A stretch of DNA of 63,751 nt, filler included, from Intoshia linei (taxonomy: Eukaryota > Animalia > Orthonectida), in assembly GCA_001642005.1 (NCBI GenBank). It is 5 parts of 5 records of this genome, joined end to end, with 100 filler letters (N's around TTAATTAATTAA, not from the genome) between each part and the next. Parts side by side here need not be neighbours in the genome. Positions count along the whole stretch, not along the records: positions 40,894 to 51,802 come from LWCA01001219.1; positions 51,903 to 56,678 come from LWCA01001869.1; positions 56,779 to 63,751 come from LWCA01001614.1; 2 more parts are not named here. One strand, written 5' to 3'. Below, in pieces: positions 50,848-61,987 of the stretch; within the stretch, counting starts at the first letter, position 1, and each line of letters starts with the position of its first letter. The position numbers were made by a program, and so were the translations under genes. The notes under the pieces are model-generated. The model made no database searches. It was not told where the DNA came from and saw nothing but the letters and a program-made list of their open reading frames with translations.

Positions 50848-51356
50848 CAATCAGGTTAACATGTAAATTAAATTATTTTGTTGCAATTTCTTAATTAAAA
50901 CATCAAATTTTTAAACTTTATTTTTGAAAAATTTTATTTTATTTTTTAATATCGCTCCACAATTATCTATAATTTATATATGAAAACCATTTCAAAGTAA
51001 TTATTTATATTCAAATGTATTATAATTTAAAAATCAATAAGAGGTATAAGTACTACATGTAATCGAAATTTTAAATTGGTTGATATTATAATGTCTTTTT
51101 TGTGCGTAAAAATATAATAATGTTATATCATGGTTCAGTTCCTGTATTTAATATAGTGTTGGCAGGTTTAGGTTTTTACTAATTTTTATGAAATTTCTAT
51201 GATAAACTGAGTTTTCAATTGAACATGTCAATTTCTGAGAATAGTATTTGCGATACGGTATCAATCTTGAAAAATTTTCTAATTCTAGGACTTGATTTTC
51301 TAAATTAATCATAACGGACAGTCAATTATATATAAGTAAAGTATTTATTTATTTTA

Positions 51357-51631
51357 ATGTCTAGTTTCATTCAAGTTAATGCATTAAAACCATTATTCAC
51401 TGGTCAGAATTTGCAGGTAATAATTGATTTTAATTTTTTATTTTATTTAGTTGTCTCGGAATGGTCAATTTTTGTTGACTGAATGTGAAAATAGTATAAA
51501 ACAATATAATTATGAAAATCTAAAAATTACCAATGTTTTTGATGAAGTATTTCTTGTTATACTTTATATTTTAATACTTTTAGATAAAATATACCATTAC
51601 CTCATTTTGCTTGGATTATAAAAACAACGAG
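51357..51631 (+). CDS. TBL3: TBL3/Utp13 WD40 SSU-processome protein, first three exons (rest lost at gap)
   Basis: Exons 51357-51416, 51451-51546, 51584-51631 give MSSFIQVNALKPLFTGQNLQ/LSRNGQFLLTECENSIKQYNYENLKITNVFDE/IKYTITSFCLDYKNNE, resembling the TBL3 N-terminus (PFYxGG..QL...G..L...C...ITAF.L). Confidence 0.65.
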
Positions 51632-51802
51632 GTAAAATTTTGTCATTTTTATACAATTATGAAATTTTTGGACATTATATTTTATATAGCTGTGGTTTAA
51701 CCATTGTGTTCTAAAATTCCGGTCCATGTAAAGTGGGTTTAATAATTGAAATACATAATAAATAAGAAATAATATTATAATTGTTAAATTTATATTATAG
51801 TT

Positions 51803-51902
51803 NNNNNNNNNNNNNNNNNNNNNNNNNNNNNNNNNNNNNNNNNNNNTTAATTAATTAANNNNNNNNNNNNNNNNNNNNNNNNNNNNNNNNNNNNNNNNNN
51901 NN
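51803..51902. other. Assembly gap with linker
   Basis: 44N-TTAATTAATTAA-44N. Confidence 0.97.
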
Positions 51903-51994
51903 GTAGACCTAGTCTAGTAGATGAAGACAAAATTAAAGAGAAATTGATAAAATCTCATTGTATGCCTTTGATATCAATAATATTTAATATATAC

Positions 51995-52360
51995 TTATTT
52001 GCTAGACCTCACACTTCTAAAATTACCTCTCAGCTTCTAAAGAAGTTAAAATCTGAGATATTACCACATCCACCGTATTCACCAGACTTAACACCATCTG
52101 ATTATTACCTATTTAAAGCTATGAGTAACCATTACTATGGTAAAAAATACACTTCAAATAAAGGGTTAAAATTGGACATAGAAAAGTTTTTGTCCAATAA
52201 AGAAGCGAGTTTTTATGCTAATGGTATAAATAGACTACCGGAACGTTGGAAAAAGACTGTGGAAAGCAATGGTGAATATTATAATATAACTTTATTTTTA
52301 ATGTAATCAAATAAAATTTAAATTTTTTCATTTCTTTAACCGACTTGTGACCTGATTATA
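51995..52360 (+). pseudogene. mariner (D,D34D) transposase 3' remnant
   Basis: ARPHTSK...LPHPPYSPDLTPSDYYLF...FYANGINRLPERWKKTVESNGEYY. Confidence 0.9.
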
Positions 52361-52727
52361 TTTTCTCACACAATTAAATACTCTATATTGATACACTGAG
52401 TTAAAATTATTTTTGTAAAACTATTTCAAAATTACACGTATGCATTGTTTATTTATATTATATTAAACCAATAAAACAATAATTAAATTAATTTAAAGAT
52501 TAAGAAAAACTTGAAGTTGACAAACACATTTTAAATCGTGGCAGACTGAATAAAACAACAAAGAAATAAATTTAAACTTGAGATAATAATACAATAATTA
52601 TGTCAAATAAACAATTGATCCGTAAATATACATTTGTTTAACAATTATATTAGACTGACGAATATATTAATTGTTTGCAATAAATGAACAATTGATATAT
52701 CTCAATAATTCATTAAATTAGGTATAC

Positions 52728-53132
52728 ATGTTCAAAAAGAAAACATCTTCACGTAGACTCGCAGTTAGTCCTGTAACTGAGGATTTATCTAATAGGATTA
52801 GACAAATCAGCATGTGGTCGGCTGTAAACAATAAAATTATAACCAGAACCGATAATTTAATCCGATCTGCCTCGTCCAATGAGCAGTATTCAAGAAATTA
52901 TAAACGAAGACAATACCAATTACAAAACTGTGGTTACAACACACCAAACTATCTTCCATATCGAATATTGGGAGAGCCCTTGAATTTGAAAATAAATGTT
53001 GCAAACAGAAAAAACATTAAAAACAATTTAATACCAAATGTATTTTTCCATCACGTTCAAATTGACCATAGAGTTCGTTCTTCAATATCAAAATTTAGAG
53101 AAAGCATAGTAAAGAAAAAATCAAAGGTTTAA
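52728..53132 (+). CDS. Uncharacterised basic 134-aa protein (or terminal exon; AG acceptor at 52720-52721 is in frame)
   Basis: 405-nt open frame with more GC than the flanking DNA, not antisense to another CDS; no recognised family. Confidence 0.55.
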   Translation: MFKKKTSSRRLAVSPVTEDLSNRIRQISMWSAVNNKIITRTDNLIRSASSNEQYSRNYKRRQYQLQNCGYNTPNYLPYRILGEPLNLKINVANRKNIKNNLIPNVFFHHVQIDHRVRSSISKFRESIVKKKSKV

Positions 53133-54368
53133 TTACATGTCATTATTTATAAAGCTCAAAAGGGATTTAATTTTTTCATCTTCCAAACACTTTTGCCGGT
53201 GTAGTACTAGTTTTTCAATAAATAAATCGAGTTGTTGACCAGTTTTAAATACTTTTTCAATGTTATATACTGTAGTGTAAATTCTATGATCTGTAATTCT
53301 GTCATTAGGATAATTGTAAGTACGAATCTTGTCAGATCTGTCAGATGTTAAAATTTTGTTTTTAGCTAAATTTTCATCACGTTTTACATTTAAAATTTCG
53401 CGCAACTGGATTCTCTCCATTAAAATTTCTCTAGCAATGCTTAAATTTCTTTGTTGGGAAGGTGTTTCTTGACAATTGGCAATTATTCCGGTTGGAATAT
53501 GAGTCAATCTAACTGCACTGTCGGTAACGTTAACATTTTGCCCTCCACTACCGCTAGACCTAAAAAATTCATACTTAATTTCACTATTTTTAAGGACAAT
53601 AGAGTTCAAATCATAATTATAGTTATGTAATACATTAACGGAGGCTGTGCTAGTGTGGATGCGACCAAATGATTCAGTAAGGGGAACCCGCTGAACTCTA
53701 TGGATCCCGGTTTCTCCCATAAGCAAATCATAACAATTTTTTCCATTAATGCGTATTATGATGGTTCCAGAACTTGTGGAATCATAATCTACAACGTTGA
53801 CCAACCATTTCATGCATTTTTCACCAAAATTTACGTACAAATTTCGTAAATCTTGACAAAAAAGATTGGCCTCTTTACCACCTACTCCTGGTTTTATTTG
53901 AATGATACATTCGTGCTTGTGATCGTGAATATCAGAAATACATTCCAATAACTGCGTTTTAGAGTCTTTACATATTTTTTTAAACAAATTTTGTATATTT
54001 TTCTTTTCTTCGTCCACGAGTACAGATATGTCAGGTTCTGAGACTATCATATTATTCCAAATTTCCTCATTTTTAACTAAATTTTGGTTCAGTTTATTGT
54101 ACTCCATTTTAAATTTCAACAGATTAGGCAGTAAAAGTTTTAGTTTTTTGTTAAAATACTCTAAGCTTCTGAAAGTTATTGATGGTGTATTTTCTTTTTT
54201 CTTTTCATTTTTACTATACTTTTCACAACTTTTTATTATCAATGATACCATTTTTACATATTCTTGTGGATTTTTCAAATCATTTATTTTAATGTTGTAT
54301 TTTTTGTTTTTAATTGATTTTGAAAGACTTGAATACAAGTTTACATTTAACTTACAACATTTTAACAT
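53133..54368 (-). CDS. MTRF1L: Mitochondrial peptide chain release factor 1 (mtRF1a-like), intronless, 411 aa
   Basis: PGVGGKEANLF, ETGIHRVQRVPLTESFGRIHTSTASV (PxT), RSSGSGGQNVN (GGQ), DRSDKIRTYNYPNDRITDHRI. Confidence 0.93.
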   Translation of the reverse strand: MLKCCKLNVNLYSSLSKSIKNKKYNIKINDLKNPQEYVKMVSLIIKSCEKYSKNEKKKENTPSITFRSLEYFNKKLKLLLPNLLKFKMEYNKLNQNLVKNEEIWNNMIVSEPDISVLVDEEKKNIQNLFKKICKDSKTQLLECISDIHDHKHECIIQIKPGVGGKEANLFCQDLRNLYVNFGEKCMKWLVNVVDYDSTSSGTIIIRINGKNCYDLLMGETGIHRVQRVPLTESFGRIHTSTASVNVLHNYNYDLNSIVLKNSEIKYEFFRSSGSGGQNVNVTDSAVRLTHIPTGIIANCQETPSQQRNLSIAREILMERIQLREILNVKRDENLAKNKILTSDRSDKIRTYNYPNDRITDHRIYTTVYNIEKVFKTGQQLDLFIEKLVLHRQKCLEDEKIKSLLSFINNDM

Positions 54369-54849
54369 TTTTAAGAATGAATTACCTTTATTAATTAATA
54401 AATTACATGGTTTTGTATTGTTTTATTTTTTAATAAGAGTTTGCATTTATTTACAATTACGTTTACTTTAATTTACTAAATATTCTACTTTTTGCATCAT
54501 TAGAGGTTTGATTTTTTACACTTTTTTTTCAAATTTTATTGTCCAAAAACGGATAATTTTATGATTGCAGTGAAAAAAATAATTTTTGTTAATTATTTTT
54601 TTGGTATTGTCATTTTGATTAATTAGTCAACTTATTCCGAGAGTGGACTTAATTTATAAAATTTTGGAACACCCCTAGTGGTTATTTATATCAGTGTCTC
54701 TCAAATGATAGGCGACCCTACATCTAACCTTTTCATTTTATATTCTTATTTATATAATATGCTTTGTTTGTCTGTGTGTGTTATCGTTTATTTCAATAAC
54801 TACCAATCTTATAATTTTATAAAATCCACATTTCTATTGCAGTTTTCAA

Positions 54850-55550
54850 TAGAATTCAACTGTCTATAATCAAGAACCATTCTAGGTTTTCCATTTTTCT
54901 TTGTTATAAAAAAGAAAGGAGACCTGTATGAGCTTTGACTGGCTTCAATTATATCATTGTCTAACATTTCTTGAATTTTGTCGCGTGCCATATATTTTTC
55001 GTGCATAGCCACTGGATAAATGGGAAATTTAATATTATGTAGGAATCCCTTTACATTGCCGGGTATCGAGGTGAATAGTGATTTGTATTGATCTTTAATA
55101 TTAGAAAATGCGTCAGCAGCGTTTTTAATGAAATTACATCTGTTAATTGTTATCAAATCGTGAAATAGAGACGTTTCATATTCAATTATATTCGTGTTAC
55201 TATCCGTTAAATAAAATATTGTAGATTTATCATCAATTTCCAACTGAACTGTTCCAAAATGTTGTAATATTGTGTCATTTGCTGAGTGGAGAATTATGTT
55301 AGATTGTTGTGCCTTAGGCCTATTTTTAAACCTACGTAGATTTACAATTAATAATATTAACTGAACTACCGGTATCAATTAAAAACCTAGTAATTACTGT
55401 CTCTTTTTCATGTGACACGTGAAAATCTATCGTTGCTTGATTTGACCTGTTGGAATTTTTTAGATGTCCAATAAAACGTTTTTCTTTGTTCTTGAATTCT
55501 TCTTGAGTAAATTTAACTTGTTGTGATTCTGCAAGAATATTTAGAGACAT
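54850..55550 (-). pseudogene. Ty3/gypsy-like pol remnant (protease plus RT N-terminus), frameshifted
   Basis: FLIDTGSSVNII (aspartic protease) and EMLDNDIIEASQSSYRSPFFFITKKNGKPRMVLDYRQLN (RT). Abuts a family A fragment at about 54743-54850. Confidence 0.85.
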
Positions 55551-56280
55551 TTAAACAGTAAAACTTTTATTAAATTAAGTTAAATTTAGGATTCAATTAA
55601 AGTAAAGTACAAGTGATATTTAAGATAGTGTCTTAGATACTACACAGTCATTTTGCCATTTCAGTCATTCTTCAGAATGACTGTAACTCCAAACGGACGG
55701 TAACATATGTATATGTTATATAAATTAAAAATACCAGTTGAAAATATGATTAGTTATCGAAATTTTGTTACATTTAAGAAATTTTCCAACATACACCTAT
55801 CAATAAATTTAAAAAATGGGCCCTCATGATTGTAGCCATGGTCATATGACCCTACCCTCTCTGCGGTCCTGTATATAAATCTCAACAAAATTTTTTAAAT
55901 TAACTAAAAATATTTGTAATAAAATTAAAATTGTTTCAAGTTCTGATTAAGTAATTTCTCTTATAGTCTTACTGATGGTTCTTGAGACTTCCTTCGATAA
56001 AAGCTAATATGCGATTTTTCAGTTTACATTTAATTGTATACGAGTAATAATATTAACTAATAATATGGAAGCTTACGTTCAAACTTCATCTTATTAACGA
56101 CTTAACCTGAAATGTTTTTTCTATTTGAGAAATGATATCCGTCATTTTATTGGCTGTTATGGACTTGCGGCGACACTTACCATCTTAAGTCTTCTTTATC
56201 TTCTTCCAATGGGCCCATATCGATACAAAAATATTTAAAAATACTAAGCGTGTGGTGATGTTGTTTCATTATATATGTAA

Positions 56281-56678
56281 TTCTAACTTATATAAAATGC
56301 GACGCGATTTTTGTTTGTGTGTGTGTGTGTCCTATTTTATTGAAATAACTAGCACTCTTAGAATTTTTTAAAGACCACATTTCAATTACAGTTTTTTTCA
56401 GGACGTATAATAAGATAAATTTCGACCTCCCAATTTCACATATTAAGGGTCAAAAACCCCAAATTCCCTTCTTTTTTTTGAAAATAGCCTTAGAATTTCA
56501 AAAAATTTACAGGTGGTAGAGTTGTATCATGTTAACACACATAAAGTACAGTTGTATCCTGTTAACACACATAAAAAATTTCAATCCGAATAAGTGACGA
56601 CCTTCACTGTCAAAAAAGCATTTGAGTATTCATATATTTTTTTTCCGAAACATTTTATTAAAACAATAAATGTGAAAT
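56281..56678 (+). mobile_element. Helitron-like family A copy, truncated by gap
   Basis: Same 5' sequence and (TG)n tract as the other copies. Confidence 0.65.
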
Positions 56679-56778
56679 NNNNNNNNNNNNNNNNNNNNNN
56701 NNNNNNNNNNNNNNNNNNNNNNTTAATTAATTAANNNNNNNNNNNNNNNNNNNNNNNNNNNNNNNNNNNNNNNNNNNN
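56679..56778. other. Assembly gap with linker
   Basis: 44N-TTAATTAATTAA-44N. Confidence 0.97.
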
Positions 56779-57222
56779 AATTGATTTAGGATTATTTAAT
56801 GAACAAAATTAATGAATTAATTACATTTTGTGATGATCATGTTTTTATTTTTGCAAAAAAATACAAATTTGAAACTATTGTATAACTCCCTTTAAATAAA
56901 ATTAAAAGAGACGCTTTAAAATCAAACTAGACGCCTTAATATTAAAAGAGACGCCATAAAAAATTTTTCTTAATATTGAAATTGCACCCCATTAACTAGT
57001 CTCTTGGATCCGCCCCTGAATGGAGTAATTTTAAAATTACACTGGTGCTATTTTGGGTTCTAAGGCTTAATAATCACAATTTCTTTAATTTTTTTAACTA
57101 GTGACATGACTTTGATAAAAAATTACATTTTAACAATAAAGAATATTTACATTTTTGTAAAGGACAACTCAAAAAAAATATTTTAGAGGATTACAGTGCA
57201 TATTATTCAATATATATAGTTA

Positions 57223-60146
57223 CCTTTGTTTCAGATTTGGAAAAAGATTCGTATGATTTAAGAAATAATTGCAAATCTTTGCTCTAAATTATATTGAAAT
57301 TTCAAAAATTATCATAATCTCAAATATTTTTCATCAATTCAATCATTTTATTTGTTCAAATACCACAATAATTCGATTCATGGATTTATCGTTGCATGAA
57401 TAAAACTCGTTGAACATGGACAGTGGAAATATATTTAAATCAGATGAAAATAAACCATTTAACTCTTAATGGACTAAATATTTTTAATTTTCCATAGTCA
57501 TAATATCACTTTTACCAATCCCATGATCCATTATTAATCTTAAATTTTTTCATGAACCGAAAACATTTCATAAAACTTGACGTCTATGTTGATCATTATG
57601 GCGACCCCGGAAATAAATAAAAAATATTAAATATATCACTTGATGATCGTAACACCGGTTTCGACCTATAAAAGAATAAATACTTTATCTTTACCCTAAC
57701 TTAAATTAAAAATAGTTATAAAAACGATTTAATTACTTTGGGGAAAACAAATAGTAATTAAATACAAAAATAATACATATGTATCACAAAAACTCATACC
57801 CAGCTATATTTGCAGATTTATCATATTGTAATTTTATTGAATGGAACGATCGAGTCGAATTTTTGCTATAATTTGTTGGAACAGTTTCAATTTCCTAAAA
57901 TATTTCTTAAGTATAAAATAATAACCCCATCCTTACTTATATAGTATGCTTTGTTTGTCTATGTATGTGTGTGTTATCGTTTATTTCAATAACCAGTCTT
58001 AGAATTTTATAAAGTCCACATTTCTATTACAGTTTTTTCCGAGTGTTAGCAAAATAAATTTCAACCTCCCAAACTCACATTTTACGTGTCAAAAAATCCA
58101 ATTGTTTTTTTTTTTGTAAATCAAACGAGTTCGAGAATTTAAAAAAATATACACTCTGATACGGATTTTAAAATCATAAATATTCCCATAAATTTAAAAA
58201 AAACTTACAGGTGGTAAACCTGACAAGAAAAACTCTTATCCAACCTCAAAATAAAAAACCAAAATTTTAGCAACACTGAAGGAAAAATGCCTTTTTTTAA
58301 ATACTAATTTCTAAACCATAAAAAATTTTTAGACTCACAAGTATGATTGTATTTAGTTTACAATTTACAAATTACTTACTTATATATTTAAAAAGATTTG
58401 CTGGTACCAGCAAATCGACCACCCTTTCTATACATTTTCTTTAAATGGGCAACTTTTAAATTTTAGTCAATCCAAATGCTGCGAAAAATTATTTATTTGA
58501 ATAAATATAATGGATATGAATAATATTTTTATTTAGGTATTACAATTAGTAATTGTTTACACATGACATGAAAATTTGAATTGAAATTTAAAAATAATAA
58601 AAAATGTTACTTCAAGTATTCTGATAAAGCCTAAAAGTTTGCTATTGAAATCCTGACACATTTTTTCACTATTAAAATTTTTTTGAGACATTATTGATTT
58701 TTGTATAATATTTGAAGTGTTTCTAGCTTTATATTGTCCAATAGTTCTGAACTGTGCCAAGAGAAGTTGAATAGTAAATGATTTTCCGGACGCAGCTTCA
58801 CCTGTAACAATAATGAGTTGGCTGTTTCCTGTTCTAACCAAATTGTTATAGGTTTTTTGTGCCACAGCAAAAATATGAGGTAGTAAATGAAATTTTTTTT
58901 TAAAATGAGTATTTCCAAAATTATAGTAATCTTTTGATTTAGCTCCATGAAAAATAAAATCGTTATTATTAATTTGACTAGTAGAGTCGTATTTTCTACA
59001 AAATACTGGGTTATAATGAGGAAGCCAACAATAGGGATTAATAAAAAGTAAAGTATTCATGCTATCATCTAACCAAGTATATACTAAATTCAAATGAAAC
59101 CTTTTTCTAATAAAATTAATTACAGCCTCATTGCTTTTACACGTTCTAGTCAAGATACACTTTTCTAAAATTTGATTGTCAAATAGGGTTTTAAAATAAT
59201 CAGATGAACTATGATTTTTCTCTATAGTAGAGGAGCTGTCGAGTAAGATGTTTATCTGTTTGTTTTTGTAACTGAAAGAATTAGATCGTTGTCGAAATTT
59301 TTGATGTATTATAGCTTGTTTATTTGGTAAATTATTTATCTGAGCTGAATTTCTGTTTTTAATTTTTTTAATATTGACATCTACGTCAAACGTCGCAAAA
59401 TTTCCTTTTTTATAATTTGATGATGCAACACTACACATACTGGTGCTGCAATCATCTTTAGATTGATATTTGTCCATTGCCTCAGATATTATTGAATTCC
59501 CACTGCTCAATGAAGATAAGGAAGAGTTGATTGAACCGAACCTGTCTGTACTCCACCTGTTGGGGTCTCCTTCAATTAAATTTATAACATCTCGTCGAGC
59601 TTTGAATAAATTTTGATCGATTTCAACATTTACATCACTAGGTGTGTAAATAATACCAGTTTCACTTTCAGGATTGCTGCAAGTTGAAAAACGTCGCATG
59701 TCAACATTTTCAGTAGTTTCGTTTGAACCTTTTTTAGACATTAATGATTCTAAAGCATTTATATAAATATTTTTTAATTTTCTACATTTCGTTTCATTTT
59801 TTAATTTAGATTTCTCATACAAATCATTCAATGTATCGTATTTCTCTTTTGCTCCAACAAAATTAGATTTTCGGTTTAAACCACTACTCGTGTATTGTTT
59901 TTGACTTTTACTGTTTTCTACGGATGATAGTCTATGATTAAGGAATTGTTTTTCACGGAAACCAGACAAAATAGGGTCTTCAAGAATCGTTTCAAGAGCA
60001 TTTCCGTACCCTGTTTTTATGTACTGGTTTACATTCTTTGCATAGGTAAATCGGCGTAGTTTTATTTTACATTTTTCAGTTTTTTCCTTTTTTACTTTTT
60101 CCTTTTTTATGGAATTGTCACCTTTTTTTATTTCTTCTTTTACCAT
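57223..60146 (-). CDS. Divergent unconventional myosin, class XVIII-like (long N-terminal extension plus start of motor domain); 3' end unresolved
   Basis: KE-rich N-terminus, LLFINPY, PHIFAVAQKTY, P-loop TGEAASGKS. The next exon (~57894-57800) reads EIETVPTNYSKNSTRSFHSIKLQYDKSANIAG, followed by VKIKYLFFYRSKPVLRSSSDIFNIFYLF. Confidence 0.7.
57930..58220 (+). mobile_element. Helitron-like family A copy in myosin intron 1
   Basis: A|TCCTTACTTATATAGTATGCTTTGTTTG start and conserved body. Confidence 0.65.
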
Positions 60147-60639
60147 TATTAAAATTTTTTTATGTATTCAGTGTTATTTAAACATTCTGTTGATATTACT
60201 CTATTTAATCAGATGTTTGAACATCAACAGTATCTCTAGTTAACTTTCTGAATCAATACATTGTAAGCTGCACAATCTTTGTATTCAATTTTATTAATAA
60301 TGTCAATAAATAATTTTATAACTTAAATACCATTTTATTAAACTAAAACTAGTATATTGTATTGTACGTTGTATTATACACATCGTAAACACTTGTAGCA
60401 TATCACACGATATATCATCACAAAAGTATGTACGACGGGCGGACTTTACCTTAAAGAAGATGAACAAAAAAATGTATATTCTAAGAGATGATCCTTTTTT
60501 CTTGATTTTTTTAATTAATCACAAACATCAATATTTACATTTTCAATTTTTATTCTATAATATAATACAATATAATCGAAATGGTTGATATTATAATAAA
60601 AATTAATTTTCACCGGGAATATCTAGATTTCTGGGGTCA

Positions 60640-61110
60640 AAATTTTGTATTTATATCAACTGGAATAAGCTCTATCAGAATAATATTTTTTTTTAAAGGT
60701 TAAACTTTTGTATTTATATCAACTGGAATAAGCTCTATCAGAATAATTTTTTTTTTTAAATTTCTGATCATTAATTATTTCACATTTTTTATTTTAATAA
60801 AATATATCAATACTAAAATGCTTTTTTGACCGTGAAGTCGTCACTTATTCAGATTGAAATTTTCTCTGTGTGTTAACAGGATACAGCTGTAAAATTTGTA
60901 AATTTTTTGAAATTCTAGGGCTGTTTTCATTAAAAAAAAAAAGGGTAATTTAAGGTTTTGGCCATGAAGATATATTTTGTTTAAATTTATGATGATATTT
61001 ATGATTTTAAAACCCGTATCAGAGTGTATATTTTTTTAAATTTTCGAACTCGGTTGATTTTCAAAAAAAAGGACAATTGGGCTTTTTGACCCGTAAGATG
61101 TGAGTTTGGG
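60640..61110 (-). repeat. Family A repeat, reverse orientation, with a ~60-bp tandem duplication
   Basis: Reverse complement of about 29370-29800; TTTTGTATTTATATCAACTGGAATAAGCTCTATCAGAATAAT occurs twice. Confidence 0.75.
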
Positions 61111-61155
61111 AAGATCTTTATTTTATTAAACATTTTTCTTGTGGACCACTCAGAA

Positions 61156-61387
61156 CAGGGCTGCACAACCTGCGGCCGTGGGTAATCCATGTGGTCATAC
61201 TGAAATATATCATTTTACTTCAAATGGGTTTAAATCAGATTTTATTTACTATTTGTATCAAAAAGTTACATTTTTGACTATATGCCATTGGCCACTTTCT
61301 CAGTGTCAAAGTAAACTTTGTGCGGCCGTAGTATCAATGAGTAATGTAGCTTTGCGGCTGAATTGGTAGAAATGTTGTGCATCCCTG
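61156..61387. mobile_element. Charlie-like hAT MITE
   Basis: TIRs CAGGGCTGCACAAC / GTTGTGCATCCCTG and internal TGCGGC(C/T)G repeats; TSD degenerate. Confidence 0.75.
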
Positions 61388-61987
61388 ACCTATAATTTCC
61401 TGGAACCATTTTGGAACCACTGGTCTAAGGGTTAACAATGTATTGTAAACAATTCCTTCAAAACATGTCCATTTTGCCAACATTGGAGGGTGAGTTTGGG
61501 GGATTTTTAGAGGGAATTTATTACCAATTTTGTATGCAATATTTTACAAATACAAATGTAGTTTCATTTTTAATCATTAAAATTATTTTGTTTCAATGAT
61601 CTGTATTGTATTAAAAACTAGATTCAAAATATGCATTGAATTACAGAATAAAAGTAATAAATAAGTCAACTAATTAGAAATTATAACAATAAACAAATTT
61701 TTGTAGGTCATGTTAAACCTTTAAACTGTAAAAAATAAAAAAATTTAAATAAATGTCAATGAGATAAAAAGCACTGATAAATAATAGTGTACAAATATGA
61801 TAAAACACACATGGATGTAATAAAAATATTATTTTACACCTTGATGTGATCAGTTTGATGATCAGAGTCAAAACAAAAAAGTTATATTGAAATCATATGG
61901 TGATTAACTATATGGAATACAAAATGTATTTACAAATTATTTAATGGAACAGTATAAAATCTAAATTGGTACCATTTAAAATTTAAA

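Noticed and set aside
56100-56230. Possible integrase remnant (CIDMGPL...) on the minus strand
   Set aside because: Too short and interrupted, and its position upstream of the protease does not fit the adjacent gypsy fragment.
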